Source: Rhizodiscina lignyota
Taxonomy: Eukaryota
Direction of reading: 5' to 3'
Length of the DNA: 64,000 nt
Assembly (NCBI GenBank): GCA_010015805.1
Contig: ML978132.1
Span: 372,001-436,000 of the forward strand
Shown here piece after piece: positions 36,354 through 49,958 of the stretch. Each line of letters starts with the position of its first letter. Positions within the stretch are counted from its first letter, which is position 1. Made by a program: the position numbers and the translations under genes. The notes beneath the pieces are model-generated. The model ran no database searches, was not told the DNA's origin, and was given only the letters and a program-made list of their open reading frames with translations.

Positions 36354-38619
36354 ATGAACGTGCCCGGTGGTGGAAAGCAGCCAACAACATGGGAAGAATA
36401 CGAGCGAGGTGGGCGTAGCAGCTCATTCGGCTCTGAAGGAAGCCATATACAATGGGACGAAGTCGAAAGGAATACTAGTGCAACTTCTGGCAGGTCACAT
36501 TTGGGCGTACGTCAAGATGGCCAAGATCAAGACCTGCGACGACGGAGGTATGGTCTCCCTAACTCTCGTCTTAAACCAAGCTGACTGCTGAGCATAGGTC
36601 CTCAATGTCCGTGAGACTCAGTGCTCTCGCACAAGCAGGAGGTCCCAACAGTATAGACAATTTCGCTCGCTCGTGGCAGCGTGCTGCTGGTTTCTTCGAG
36701 ATAACGCCGGTCCGCCCATCCTTCCGAGTCCAGACGGATGATGAAGGCGAAGGGGACGAAGCAGAGTACAGACAAAGTGATATTGAAGAGTCTCCAGTTT
36801 CGCAGAGATCACTGCTCCGAGCGGCATTCGAGGCACGGCGGCCGTCTGAGAACGTCATTGAGGAGAGCAACGGGGCCGAAGAAGATACACATCTAAGTCC
36901 TGGTGCAAGAGATGACAGAGCTGTCTCGCAGAGGCTGTTGGAACGACAAAGATCGCGAGATGAAAGTATCTTCCAAATCGAGCCGTCGTTGGCCTCACCA
37001 TTTGGTGGCAGTTATGGGACGATGTATGGCAGCCTCGCATCGCGGGTCAATGAGTCGTCGATGAGACACGCTGGCAGGCTTTTCACGGAACAGCAGATGA
37101 AAGGTGTCTCTGAGCCGGACAAAGAGCGGGAACCTCTGTTGGTGAGACAGATTGAGGAAGATGGCGTAAAGTACAACATTGTTGTGGGACAATCCACGGT
37201 GCCGCAGACGGTCTTCAACTCTGTCAACGTCCTCATTGGCGTGGGATTGCTCAGTCTCCCACTCGCCCTAAGGTATTCTGGATGGGTTATCGGCATGATT
37301 TTCTTCCTCTTCTCCGCACTAGGGACGCAATACACCGCAAAGGTCCTTGCAAAATGTTTGGATGTCGACAGCTCCCTCATCACGTTCGCTGATTTAGCGT
37401 TTGTCTCCTTTGGACATAGCGCGAGGGTGGTTACGAGCATCATCTTCACAATCGAGCTTGTTGGAGCAAACGTCGCACTCGTCGTTCTCTTCGCCGACTC
37501 CTTGGATGCACTTATTCCTGGACTAGATCTCCTCGCATGGAAGTTGATCTGTGGCGTCATCCTCGTCCCGTTGTCCTTCCTCCCACTTCGATTACTCAGC
37601 TTTACCAGCATCGTGGGAATTCTCTGCTGCTTTGGAAGTAAGTAAAATACCAGGAACTGAAATTGGCCACCTACTGACTGCCGCAGTCGTCCTGGCTGTC
37701 TTCGTTGACGGATTTATCAAACCGCACCAACCTGGTTCGCTTCGCGAGCCGGCAAAGACATACTTGTTTCCGGAAAACTGGGGAACAGTTCCTTTGAGTT
37801 TTGGATTACTCATGTGTAAGATTTACTTTCATTGTGAGGAGAGCATTTTCGCTAATATTTTACAGCTCCTTGGGGTGGACACAGCGTCTTTCCGAATATC
37901 TATAGAGACATGCGCCATCCAAACAAGTACCATCGTAGTGTGAATATCACCTACGTCTTCACTGTATGTTCTCACAATTTGTTTAGGTCTGATCGATTGC
38001 GCTAACATGGAGATAGTATTTAATTGACCTGGCCATGGCTGTTGCTGGTCTGCTGATGTTCGGCAATTTGATTCGAGACGAAGTCACAGCAAACATTCTC
38101 TTGACCGACGGCTATCCCAAGTGGCTTTCAATCTTCATCGTTGTCTGCGTAGCGATTATACCTATAACTAAAGTCCCCTTGAAGTAAGCTCGCATCCCTC
38201 ACATCCTACACTATCTTCAATACTAAAAGCTCTGCAGCGCCCGTCCTATCGTCTCAACCATTGAGATCATCCTCGGGCTGGACGCACGCACCCTTGCAAC
38301 AGCCGCGCCCTCTCTTGTTGGCATTTCTGGCTTGAATCGCGGCATAATCAAATTCTTCGTCCGTGTCCTCACGGTGGTCGTCTTCATTGCTATTGCCGTA
38401 GTCTTCCCCTCTTTCGACCGCATCATGACGCTCCTTGGCAGTGTGTGCTGCTTCTCGATATGCATTATCCTGCCGCTAGCATTCCATCTGAAGCTTTTTG
38501 GCAAAGAGCTCGGAAATTTTGAGTATTGGGGGAACTGGGTAATGATGGTTATCAGCGCAGTGATGGGGGTTGTTAGTACTGTCTTTGCGTTCTTTCCCAA
38601 GGAGATGATTGGGGCTTAA
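36354..38619 (+). CDS. Vacuolar amino-acid transporter (AAAP family, Avt1-like)
   Basis: GGPNSIDNFARSWQRAAGF, GQSTVPQTVFNSVNVLIGVGLLSLP, GGHSVFPNIYRDMRHP. Multi-exon, many TM segments. Confidence 0.9.
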
Positions 38620-39108
38620 TAGCGCACTTCTTGTCTTAAAGACGACTAGACTGTAAGATAATAGGCTACGAACAGGGCTCTTCTTGGAGCATATGGATAG
38701 CCAGCATTAATAAGACTTTATCCATGTCATGAAAAACCACGTTCATGTCATCTATAAAGAAGTCTTCATATGCTTGGACTCACGATGGTAATCAACGAAC
38801 GAGTAAGTACTCCGTATCGCGGGAGTGATATAGGGACCTGGATATCAACTAGTTCTAGGGCCATACCCTACCTAAAATTCGGTACTACCCCACCCACAAG
38901 CGTCGCTGTTGGGGAAAGGATAGGAACGGTCCGTCTCCGGCTCATCCCTGGTTATTTCCGTACAATACCCTGAGCTTGGCCCGCCGAACTCGCCCTCCGG
39001 ACCCCTTCCGCTCTTGATGTCCTGCCGATACCTCTCCGAAGGGCGTCTTCAGTTCATATAATCACGATGTGACCTCTCAATTGATTCTTTTCTTCTCTCA
39101 AACTAGCC

Positions 39109-40336
39109 ATGGCTGTAAATATACCTCTCCGAGCTGCACGTGGACGGGCGCAATTTGCTTGTCAATTCGCGTCATCCACCTTCGCCGGAGCTAACAGAAC
39201 TGCGGCATTCAGCATCGCTGGAGCAAGAAGATGGGCATCATACGACCATCTCGAGGCCGAGCTCACGGCACGTAAATTACCTCTTCTCTATGAAGACTTT
39301 ACTCCTGAGCAATCGCGCCGCCTCTCAATTACTCTCGCGCCATTCATTAAAGCGCAGATTCCGGACACGCGACCCAGCCCTTCGACCTCGAAATACCTTC
39401 TCCCACCTTCCCATCACCTCGTATACGTCAACCCCGTTTTAACGTCCGACAAACTCCTCCCCGATGGCACCGACCCCCTCCAATCGCCTGGTCCGCCCTT
39501 CGTACGCCGAATGTGGGGTGGCGGTTCCCTGCGCCCCGGGCCCAACTACGACAGTATGACGATGGACGGCGGCAAGCTGGTGTGCCTGGAGGGCATTCGG
39601 GACGTTGCAGTGAAGGGCAAGCCGGGCAATGAGAAGGTGTTTGTGGGGATTGAGCGGCGGATGATGAAGCTGGACGATACTACTGAAAGCGAAGATAGTA
39701 TTAGGTCGCGGCTGTGGAAGGATACCGCAGAGGACTTTGGCGATGCCGCACTCATTGAGCGGAGGAATATCGCGTTTATGTATGAGAGAAGCCCGGAGGA
39801 GTTGAAGGCGGTTACGGAGGGCTCGGGAGTGGCGAAGCCGCAGAAGATGCTGAAGCGTAAGTTTGACAGATGGTCTGAAGATTGCATGATATAAGTTTGG
39901 ACTGATGTAATTGGCAGCGCAAAACGCTCCAGACTTCACGCACACTATCGACCAACCAACCGCAAAGCTTCTGTTCCGCTACAGCGCACTCACCATGAAC
40001 GCGCACGCCATTCATCTCGATCCGCACTACTGCCGCACCGTTGAAGGCCACCGTGATCTCCTTTTCCACGGCCCCTTGTCCTTCACCTTCCTCATCTACC
40101 TTCTCGGGCTGCAGAAAGACAAGGCGACTGGCAAGCCGCTGAAGAAGCTGGTAAACGTCGAGTACCGCAATCTTGCACCGCTGTATTGCTGGGAGCCGAT
40201 CAAGCTGTGTGGAAGGGAGATTGAGAGTGGGAAGTATGAGATCTGGGCTGAGACCCCGGAGGGCGGCATTGCGGTGAAGGGAACGGCGCTCACGACTACG
40301 GATGATTCAGCTGTTGGAATTCCTTTTGGTGGGTGA
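39109..40336 (+). CDS. Double hot-dog dehydratase (Htd2 / mesaconyl-C4-CoA hydratase-like), probably mitochondrial
   Basis: DGTD..PGPPFVRRMWGGG and LLFRYSALTMNAHAIHLD..HGPL motifs; Arg/Ala-rich presequence. Intron ~39857-39918. Confidence 0.85.
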
Positions 40337-40946
40337 GTGTGATTGAGACGATATGTCCTTGAATTGGATATCGATGGGACGACTGGCTGTTCACGCAGTT
40401 GAGGAGCTGTCTTTATGTCCTGCCACATATAGGGTGAAAGTGAGCACTATTGCACATATATCGCAAAATATAACTTGTCGATATTGCAGTCTCAAATCCC
40501 AATCAAAAATCGCCGACTCGCTCCTAGACACGTGCCTTTCTCCTATCCCTACCTGACCCCTGCAGCGATCGCAAGCCACAACGGTTGGACGTTGATAAAC
40601 TTAAATTTAGGACGGGACAAGCTCACCTCCAGGATCGAGGACGCGTCCATATGAGCGCGATTGCGCCGCGGACCTCTCCTTTCCTCCGTCATGCTCTTCC
40701 ACTCGCTATGTAAGTTTTCGCTGTACGTTCGTTACAATTGCGCCGCGACCGCCCCCAATTACTTCGCTCCTGCGACCACAGCGCCGCCGATTTGAACCCC
40801 CTTGCTGCACTTAGCCGTAGAAAGGACACGAGCGCAAGACTACTGGGTCGATCTAGTCCATTCCTCTTTCTCAACGCTCCTTTCTTCCAATTCTTGTCTT
40901 CTTGCGCCTTGCTACTCGTTGCGGAAGCACTTGGCGAAATATCACG

Positions 40947-42778
40947 ATGCATTCAGCCGCATCATGGACTGGCACGCCCGCGATCAAGGGCTCAAGCGAG
41001 GCGATGCGCATGGCGTTGCTCACTGTTAGTCTCGTTGGGATACAGTACGCCCTCCGTCTCCAGTCTCCACATTTTAACGCGCATAGCTGACGCGGCACAG
41101 GTTCACATGGGGCATCGAGATGACCTACTGCACGCCATACCTCCTCGAACTCGGCCTTACCAAATCTATGGTCTCCCTCGTGTGGATCGCAGGCCCGCTT
41201 TCAGGTCTCATAATGCAGCCGATTGTGGGCGTGCTAGCGGACAAGTCGCGCTCGAAGTATGGCAGGAGAAGGCCGTACATGGTTGGTGGCACGATCGTTG
41301 TGAGCGCGGCGCTGCTGGTCTTGGGATGGACGAAAGAGATCGTGGGCGTCTTCATCAGCCTACCCAAGGGCGCGAGTAAAGAGGCGAAAGAGTTCCAGAG
41401 AGGCATCACGATTGGCGTTGCGGTGTTGAGCATATATGCTGTGGATTTCGCGATCAATGCGGTGCAGGCGAGCTGCAGGAGTCTGATTGTGGATACGCTG
41501 CCAATCTCGAAACAACAGATGGGCAGTGCGTGGGCGAGCAGAATGATTGCGATTGGGCATTTGGTTTGTATCTCTACCGGTAGTTCACGCGTGAGACTAA
41601 TTGGCGTAGATAGGATACGCCGCTGGAGCGCTGGACCTGAGAGGAATCTTCGGCACAATGCTCGGAGACACGCAGTTCAAGCAGCTCACCGTTATCTCAG
41701 CCATCGCTCTCTGCATCTCGATTGGCATCACGTCGTACGCCATCACTGAGCGCGTTTTGGTCGTCAATGGCAAGGAAGAAGTTCCTGCCTCGGAGGGAAT
41801 CTCAGCAGTTAAGGAGATGCTCATGCAGCTCCTTACGACGGCGAGCAATCTCCCCAGACGCATCCAGATGATTTGCTGGGTGCAATTCTGGTGCTGGATC
41901 GGCTGGTTTCCGTTCCTCTTTTACTCGACGACTTGGGTAGGAGAGATCTATCTGAGATACAACGCCCCAGTAGATGCTCGGGAGAGCAAAGATACGCTGG
42001 GACAGATTGGACGTATTGGGAGCATGTCCCTGATCGTCTTTTCGATTGTTACCTTCCTGGGCTCTGTCATCCTACCTTGGGTCGTGCGCTCTCCTGAGGA
42101 TGAGAAAGTCGAGTTCACTCCGCGGCCACCTGCTGGGATTGCGCCGATTTTGGAGCAAATTGAGAAGTACAAGCCATCGTTGCTCACTGCGTGGATGGTG
42201 TCGCATATGATCTTCGCGTGCTCGATGATCTTGGCGCCGTTCGTGACTTCGCTGCGTTCGGCGACAGCAACAGTTGCAGTTTGTGGAATGTGAGTATCTG
42301 GAAAAGACTGATATCAATGGTCCAATTGCTAAAGCCTCCTAGCCCTTGGGCGCTGGCTTGCTGGGCTCCATTCACCTTCATAGGCATCGAGATCAACAAG
42401 CTCAATGCACCTCTGACGAATAGCCATTATCGGCACGTCTCGACAGCGTCGATTGAGTCGGAACCAGGCGTTCTTCGACTTCATCACTCGGATGATATTC
42501 CATCATCTACGTCCGCTTCCACTGGAGAGCTTGCAGGAGTTTATCTCGGGATTTTGAACCTCTACTGCACTCTTCCACAATTCGTCGGAACATTCATCTC
42601 CTGGGTGGTGTTTTCGCTCCTGGAGCCAGGGAAGAGTCCTGAGTTGGCAAAGGAGGCGCATCCGGACGAGCATCACTCCACAGAGGGGCCGAATGCGATC
42701 GCGGTGTGCCTGTTTATTGGAGCGCTAGCTGCGGTAGGTGCGGCATATGCCACGAATCGATTGAAGCATATACCATGA
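40947..42778 (+). CDS. Sucrose/alpha-glucoside:H+ symporter (GPH family, S. pombe Sut1-like)
   Basis: FTWGIEMTYCTPYLL, WIAGPLSGLIMQPIVG, KYGRRRP, WIGWFPFLFY, GVYLGILN. Four exons. Confidence 0.9.
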
Positions 42779-43428
42779 GTGGATGCGTTTTCCTTTCCAT
42801 TCACTCGGTTGGAATGGTGGTTAATGATTGGATTTGGAGTGACGCGCTGAACGGATGAGATGATACCCTATACGCGATGTACATGTACTATAGGAAGGCA
42901 GCATGATAATTCACACGATTCACATGAAGAAGAGTCGCTTGCTCCAGATAAGTGAATGCCTGTAGAGCGCGTCATGTGTGCGGTCCTTTGTGAGACGCGT
43001 GGGTCCACTTGACATCAGCGACATTGCCCCACTCGCCCGCCAATCGTCGGTCAGGCGCGCCACGCAAACTCTTCACTCTGAGCATCTCTCTCCTCGCATT
43101 TCATCACCGCTTCCCTCTCAATCCGCGCGCTCGCCAGCTTCGAAAGGCCAGAAGACTGCTACCTTGCAGGTTGCATCGCTTGCCGGGATCAGTGACGTGC
43201 AGATTCGTTGAATTCCCTTTGCGGCGCACGCCTTTTCACGCCTCGCATTAGCGGCGGCGACACACCAAAAATTCGAGCAGGAGCTCCCAAAATACTTCAA
43301 CTTGCTCCCCACCTCATCCACTCTCCCGAGCCTACGCAACTCCCATCCTTCAACAAAAAGCAAGCCTGCGCACCACGGCTCCCTGCAGATAACTCACGAT
43401 CTCTACTCAACCATCTCAACAAGCAGCG

Positions 43429-44949
43429 ATGGCATCCGAAATTCCAAACAAGAAGGTGGCTGGCGCACCGTAAGTTCAAGATCCTCTATCCCACTTATAC
43501 GTTCGTTTGTATTACATCAACCACAGTGCCATGCCAAACGGAAAGGAGGATGCCATCATGACTGATGACTTCGACACCAGAACCCCGCAGAACACGCCTT
43601 CTAATAACGCTCCAATCTCTTCGAGGGCTCAGCAGCCCGGCGTGGCGAGCATCAAGGAAGGTACGTAGTGTGAATATCGCGTGTTCATTGCAAATTCAAC
43701 GCGTCAGGACATGGGACTGACCGATCTCGCCATCAACAGAGGACTTCGATCGCGCCGCCGCCGCTTCGATCTTCGCCCAGAATCCTGCGCTCGTCTCGAT
43801 GATTCAAGGCAAGCTCGGCTCCCTCGTCGGCCGCTCTTCCGGCTACATCGAATCTCTCCCGCCATCTGTCCGTCGCCGAGTCGCTGGTCTCAAGGGTGTC
43901 CAGAAGGAGCATTCGAAGCTCGAGGCCGAGTTCCAAGAGGAGGTGCTGCAGCTCGAGAAGAAGTACTTCGCCAAGTTCACACCGCTCTACGAGAAGCGCG
44001 CGAAGATCGTCAACGGCAACGCCGAGCCGAGCGAGGAGGAGGTCAAGATTGGTGAAGCTGATGAAGAAGAAGACGAAGACAAGGAGAAGGATGGCGAGGA
44101 GCCCGAGAAGGTGGAGGAGCCTGCTGAGCCGGTCAAGGGTATCCCCGAGTTCTGGTTGAGCGCGATGAAGAACCAGATCAGTCTGGCAGAGATGATCACC
44201 GACCGCGACGAGCAAGCCCTGAAGAGCTTGACCGACATCCGCATGGAGTACCTTGACCGCCCGGGCTTCAGACTCATCTTCGAATTTGCCGATAACGAGT
44301 TCTTCACAAACAAGACGATCACCAAGACGTACTTCTACCAGGAGGAGAATGGCTATGGCGGCGATTTCATCTACGACCATGCTGAGGGAGACAAGATCGA
44401 CTGGAAGGCCGGTAAAGACTTGACGGTGAAGGTTGAGAGCAAGAAGCAGCGTAATAAGAGTAATTCTACCCACCTATGGTAAAAATGAGTCATACTAATC
44501 CAGCGAACGTAGACACAAAGCAAACCCGCATCGTCAAGAAGACTGTGCCAACCGAGTCCTTCTTCAACTTCTTCTCTCCGCCGAAACCGCCAGCTGAAGA
44601 TGACGACGAGGCCGAAGAAGACATCGAGGAGCGCCTTGAGCTCGACTACCAGCTTGGTGAGGACATCAAGGAGAAGCTCATCCCTCGTGCGATCGACTGG
44701 TTCACTGGTGAAGCTCTGCAATTCGAGCAGATGGAGGAAGAGTTCGATGAGGGCGACTTTGAGGATGAGGACGACGAGGAAGATGATGATCTCAGCGAGG
44801 ATCGCGACGAGGACGACGAGAGTGACGATGAGGTATGAGTTTGCGTGATTTGTTGCGGAAAGGACCGACATTCGTACTAATTTAGATGATAACTGCAGAA
44901 TGATGGGTCGAAACCGAAGCAGGAGGCCGCTGAGTGCAAGCAGAGCTAG
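43429..44949 (+). CDS. NAP1: Nucleosome assembly protein 1
   Basis: [38 protein letters not shown], acidic tail ending ECKQS. Confidence 0.96.
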
Positions 44950-45581
44950 ATGACTCCCCTTGTCCATCTCTCTTCTCGAAGAATCGACATACCCGACATC
45001 TCTCATTGGAAATTGGCAGCTACTGAGAATTCTGGCGCTGCTCATTCCAGACAAATTACTTGTGCTCTCACCCCTTCCTCAACATCAACCCCTTCACCTC
45101 ATGCACTCTAATTCACTCAATGTCAAAATCGTCTCGTGGAAGGAAGGTTTTCTCTTTTTGGCATAGGCAACACAAGTAGATGGCATCCGAACCGACGTTA
45201 CATTCCCCTTCCTGATACTGCACGTACTGCGGAGTTGGCGTCAGGAATTGGGATTCGCTTGTTGCCTTGGTTAAACTCGATCGAACATGTTTTTTCCCTA
45301 CAGTCTTTGACGCTTCAGTCCGATGCTGTCAAAAGTACGTAGAGCGTTAGGTGGGCTAGCAATCGATGCATATCAAATGTACTTTCTCGTAGACTAAGTT
45401 TCTCACTCGCTCATTTGACCCAGACATTAGGACTGATCCTAACGGGAATTGCCAGGAGTACGAGGTCTCACATCGAGATTCGACAGTCTCGTAACATAGG
45501 ACGCTCTCACTCAATACGGTAAGATTTCATCTTAACTCCAGGCAAGAAGCGAAAGAATTTTGGATTACACGGATCTGCTTC

Positions 45582-46325
45582 TCAAAACTCCTTCCACAGC
45601 TTCCAATACCCTCTCTCAGCGTTCTTCCCCAACTTCGGAACAATGCTCAACCTCGCTGGCGTATTATTCGCCTCCTTGAACTCCTTCGTATCCCGGAAGC
45701 TATCATCCTCATACTCATGAATCGCAAGGAACTTTGGTGGCATCTCGCTCTTGCTAAACTCCTTCATGTTCGGCCCCTTCACATCCTGCAGCACCCACCG
45801 GGTGCTCCTCAACCAGCCCGGAACCCGGTGCATGTCGTCGAGGTGCTCGTCGTGATACCATGCGTCGAAGTCGTCATCCGTCATGTCTGAATGGGCGCCG
45901 GGCTCTAGGGCAATGGTCTGCAGCACCCGCTTCTTCTTGATTTCTACGGGGTCCTTCGCGCGCTGCGGATAGTCCTCCCTCGAACGGCGCTGGTACAGCT
46001 TGTACTCGCGCCGGTTCAGGTTCGGGCACTTGTTCAGCAGGTCGCGCTCGTACTGGCTCTGCTTCTTCCACAGCTCCATGTAGCCCTTGCTCTTGAGCAC
46101 GTATGGCGATGTGAGCTCATAGACCGCGAGCCAGCCCGGCGCTGGGGGATCTGAATTGCTGAGCTTGTACCGACGTGCGGAGAGAATGCCAGGGACGGTG
46201 GCGCGCTGGGGCGCGTGCTCGTTGTCATACCAGTTGTTGAATTCATCGGTCGAGACCTCTGGGCCGGGCTCGCCGAGGACGTAGAGCATGTATGTTGCGT
46301 CCTCGAAGGCTGGTGGTGGCGCCAT
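45582..46325 (-). CDS. Tandem EthD/Dabb (dimeric alpha-beta barrel) domain protein
   Basis: Two similar units, FNNWYDNEHAP..VPG..RRY and FDAWYHDEHLD..VPGW..RW. Intronless, strong codon bias. Confidence 0.7.
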   Translation of the reverse strand: MAPPPAFEDATYMLYVLGEPGPEVSTDEFNNWYDNEHAPQRATVPGILSARRYKLSNSDPPAPGWLAVYELTSPYVLKSKGYMELWKKQSQYERDLLNKCPNLNRREYKLYQRRSREDYPQRAKDPVEIKKKRVLQTIALEPGAHSDMTDDDFDAWYHDEHLDDMHRVPGWLRSTRWVLQDVKGPNMKEFSKSEMPPKFLAIHEYEDDSFRDTKEFKEANNTPARLSIVPKLGKNAERGYWKLWKEF

Positions 46326-47054
46326 GATGGAGGGGAATGGAGAGATGACGTTAACTGCTTAAGTACTCCGTATAATAGCGATATCCAACAGTGAAGTCTG
46401 CTAGTTGAGTGAATACCCTTGCAAAGCTCTTTATAATTTATTTCCCCGGACCACGTGCTAAATGCCCTGAGGAAGAGGTGACCAGCATTACTTTTCCTTT
46501 TATAGATGTGTGGAGATGGACGCGGAGTATCACAATCCTTCCCCAGAGAACTTTCCCCTCGGCTGGTGTCTTTTGATTCTCCGCGCCCTTTCTGACCATC
46601 TAGCAGCATTACTAAACGTCATACAGACATCTCCATTAATTAAATACCCTTCTTCCACGGATTTACAGCATTACTTTCACCTTCAGCGGTGAAGATGTGC
46701 CTAGTCCGATGGTTGACGTAGTAAGGAGTCGAAAGACGTATTTACCGTAACTGGCACATTAACTTGGATGAGTTCTCCTGCTGAGTTTTGACTCGCCCTG
46801 ATGAAATAGCTCACCAGTACCTCTATCTAGAGCGACTGAACAGGGTCGCATACCGGATCGAGCCAAATTATACTCCTTACGAGGCGAGGCTGAGTCTAGC
46901 GCCTCGCATTCCCGCCACGCCGGGCACAATTGAAAATTGTGGCAAATCCTCTAGCAAAACTCGAAGACCTCGTCATCTGAAAGCCTCCAACAATGTCTTC
47001 AACCCAAATCTCCATTCACAAACTGTTCGACTGCTTTCCATCATTTGGCTTGAG

Positions 47055-48006
47055 ATGTCGGTCGTCCATCATTGCCCAGAGTCAGCGTTCCAACGCGCCC
47101 TCGATGATTTCAAAGGCGATCAGGCAATAGCTTCATCAGAAGGATTGGAGTTCACGAGGTTTGATTAACTCATTACTCTCATCAGCGTTCTCCAAAGGCA
47201 ATATATGAGCAAGCGCGGAAGTAACTCGCAAAAGTTTTCTCGGTTGATACCCTTTCTCAGTCTCATGAAACATTACGCCAAATAAAAAATTTGGTCAAAC
47301 GTCGTATGTCATATCATTTGTCTGGGTATGATGCAATAGGAACTCCTGTACTTCAAGGTGAATTCTGCTCACGGCATCAGGGAGCAATGAAGTGGCTTTT
47401 GATGGTAGGATATTGCCACATAAATCGAGGTGATGCAGAGTTAAGTTACGTTAGAGGCTGTCGGCAGTATGGAAGCCACATCCAATTCGATTATAGATGC
47501 CTATGATCAGATGGGTCAACAATTATCACCATTTGATCAGCATAAGCAACTCTTCAAAGATCGCACGCACATGTTGAATGTCCTTGCGGAGATTTACAGA
47601 AACATTCTTGACTTTTCTAGAGAAGCCATTCGATATGTTCAAAGAACTAGAAGTGAGTATCTCGTCTTCGACCAAACGCAAGCAGAAATTCATACGTATT
47701 TCAGCATGGAAGGCTCTATTTTCAATCAACTGGAAAGCTTTTCAATCGTCCAAATTCCTCAGAATTTTTGAGAACCTCCATCAGCAGACGACTCAGATAG
47801 AAGATCAAGCAAGTTTGATTCGGTACGAACGAATCAAGGAACTTCGTCAACCACCAGAAGCCAGTTCGGAGGGGATAAAAGAATATGAAGTCCTTCGCGA
47901 TCAGCTTTCCGCACCGAGCCAGAACCCGAGCAGGGAAAGCATTCCGCTGTACGGAGAAATAATCCGACCTCTTGGAGATGGTTCTGGGGCTAATTTAGCG
48001 AGCTGA
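47055..48006 (+). pseudogene. Degenerate N-terminal domain of a fungal NACHT/STAND (NLR-like) gene
   Basis: AFQRALDDFK.., GAMKWLLM, IIDAYDQMGQQL..F...LF....MLNVLAEIYRNILDF..AI..|AWKALFSINWKAF..F..IFENL. In-frame stops; no P-loop follows. Confidence 0.6.
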
Positions 48007-48619
48007 AAATTGAGTCGTAAAATCGAATCGAAGTCACAGTGGAGAGTCTAAAAGGCCTGACCAAAGACCTCGCTAAGCACCTACATTTCTAGACTCTGGA
48101 TCTGATTTCACGACTTCGAATCTTAAGTAGTATATCGAGGCAAAGTTTCCGTAAACTAGAAACCCAAATACTATATAAGCCCCGCGGCTTCGTCAGTACT
48201 GCTTAATTTCTGGATATAACGCTTAAAGCTACGATGAGGTACCCCTGAGCCAACCATTCGAGAACTAATTTCTCAGTCGTCAGATAGTGCAACTATTGTT
48301 GGAGAGCAGTGAATGAAGTAGGCGTTCATTGCCGTGTCTGAAATGAGCTTAAGTGCAGACTGTATCTAACTATCTATAGGTTTATGCTCAAATCATGAAC
48401 GGAAACGGACCATAATAAGCTTATTTTATATCATACACAGGCAGATCTGTGCAGTATCTAGCCTGCTAATTACTCGTTCCTATGCTCTTTCGCTCTCCCC
48501 CGCTACTCTTCGAGATGTCGCTGATCGGTTAGACATCGTTTGTAAAATTGCAATATTTTAGAGTCTCGCTTGTCAGAGGGAGATTTCCTTAGAGTCCCAT
48601 CAGCTCTTTCGACCTATCC

Positions 48620-49684
48620 TTAGGCTCCATCCCAGACCTTACTCGGCTTTTCAAAGAGATAATGGGACACACCCCAAGTATCTCCTCCATCGTACGCGAA
48701 CAACTCTGCACACGCCATGTAAAAAATCTGCCACCTGTTCCACCAGATACTCGCATTCTCCTTGCCGTAAGTCTCTTCCAAATGGGGCAAAATCGCCTGC
48801 TTGCTTCGCACCATCTTCGCCAACCAGTCCTCACATGTTTTGGCATAGTGCTTGCCATTTACCCACCACTGCTCTTTCACCTGCAAGTCCTTCTGGAAGT
48901 ATAGTAGCAGGTCGGCTGACAACATCGTGCCGCCCGTAAAGAAGTGCTCCGTCATCCAGCCGTCCTCGAAATCGTATGGGGTACCACGATGGTTGAAAAT
49001 ATGCACGAACAGTTTGCCGCCTGGCTTAAGAGCGCGAGAAACCTTCGCCAGGAGCAACTCGTAGTTCTTCATGTGCTCAAACAGTTCAATGCTGATGACT
49101 CGATCGAACTTCTGCGGTTCAAACTCGTAGTCGACCACATCACCGGTGATGACTGTGAGATTCTTCAAACCTTCGGACGCTGCGACGGAATCGATGTACT
49201 CTTTTTGCGTCTTTGAGTTTGAGAATGCTGTGATATTTGAATTTGGAAGTCGTTCAGCGAAAAAGAGTGCGCCGGAGCCCCAACCACAGCCCAGATCAAG
49301 AATCCTTTGCCCATCTTTTAGCTGTGCCTTCTCGACGTACGTCTCCAGCATCTTGACCTCTGCTTCTTCGAGTGTCTCGCGCCCTGTAGGATACAGACAA
49401 GAAGAGTACTTCATCCGTGGACCGAGCATTTCAACCAGCACTCCAGTGCCAACCTCATAATGCTGCTCGTTTGCTTTCTTTGTCTCTATGGCGATTGGCC
49501 GGGAACGCAACGCCTCGACATACTTCATCTTGGTTCGCAAGCCATCTTCAAGGGACGTTGAGGCTATTTGTCGGAGCCTCTGTCCTAATTGTTGACGAAT
49601 ACCGACACGGATGATCGAATGTGGAAGGTAGCCAGCATCAAGGATACCATTAAGGTATTCCCCACTGAATATCCATTCTGTCAT
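48620..49684 (-). CDS. SAM-dependent methyltransferase, CFA/coclaurine N-methyltransferase-like
   Basis: ANEQHYEV, LGPRMKYSSC, ILDLGCGWGS, FDRVISIELFEHMKNY, WMTEHFFTGG, YMACAELF. Confidence 0.9.
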   Translation of the reverse strand: MTEWIFSGEYLNGILDAGYLPHSIIRVGIRQQLGQRLRQIASTSLEDGLRTKMKYVEALRSRPIAIETKKANEQHYEVGTGVLVEMLGPRMKYSSCLYPTGRETLEEAEVKMLETYVEKAQLKDGQRILDLGCGWGSGALFFAERLPNSNITAFSNSKTQKEYIDSVAASEGLKNLTVITGDVVDYEFEPQKFDRVISIELFEHMKNYELLLAKVSRALKPGGKLFVHIFNHRGTPYDFEDGWMTEHFFTGGTMLSADLLLYFQKDLQVKEQWWVNGKHYAKTCEDWLAKMVRSKQAILPHLEETYGKENASIWWNRWQIFYMACAELFAYDGGDTWGVSHYLFEKPSKVWDGA

Positions 49685-49946
49685 GGTTCTTGAGAAGTAA
49701 CGAAACCCGAAAGATGTACCGTGAAGCAGGCTCAGGATTTGTTGACGAACGGACAAATGAAGGACGGTCGGGAGAATTGAAATTCACAATCCACTACCTA
49801 AATTTTGCTTGAACCTTGTGTGTATGTAAGACACAGGGATAGGAAGTGGAGAAGTTCACAAGACTGTATGAAGCGACAGATGTTGAAAATGAGAGAAGTA
49901 ATCAAAAGGGAGCAGGTCAGTCTGAAACCAAAAGCGCCACGAAAGT

Positions 49947-49958
49947 GTTGACGTCAAC
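49947..49958. promoter_or_regulatory. Perfect palindrome GTTGACGTCAAC containing the ATF/CREB consensus TGACGTCA
   Basis: Lies in the divergent intergenic region between the methyltransferase and RidA-family genes. Confidence 0.4.

Noticed and set aside
44883..44885. Proximal TAG acceptor in the last NAP1 intron
   Set aside because: It is only a few nt from the CTAAT branch site; the CAG ending at 44898 restores the expected C-terminus.
43733..45054. 227-246 aa minus-strand ORFs over NAP1
   Set aside because: Antisense shadows of a strongly codon-biased gene.
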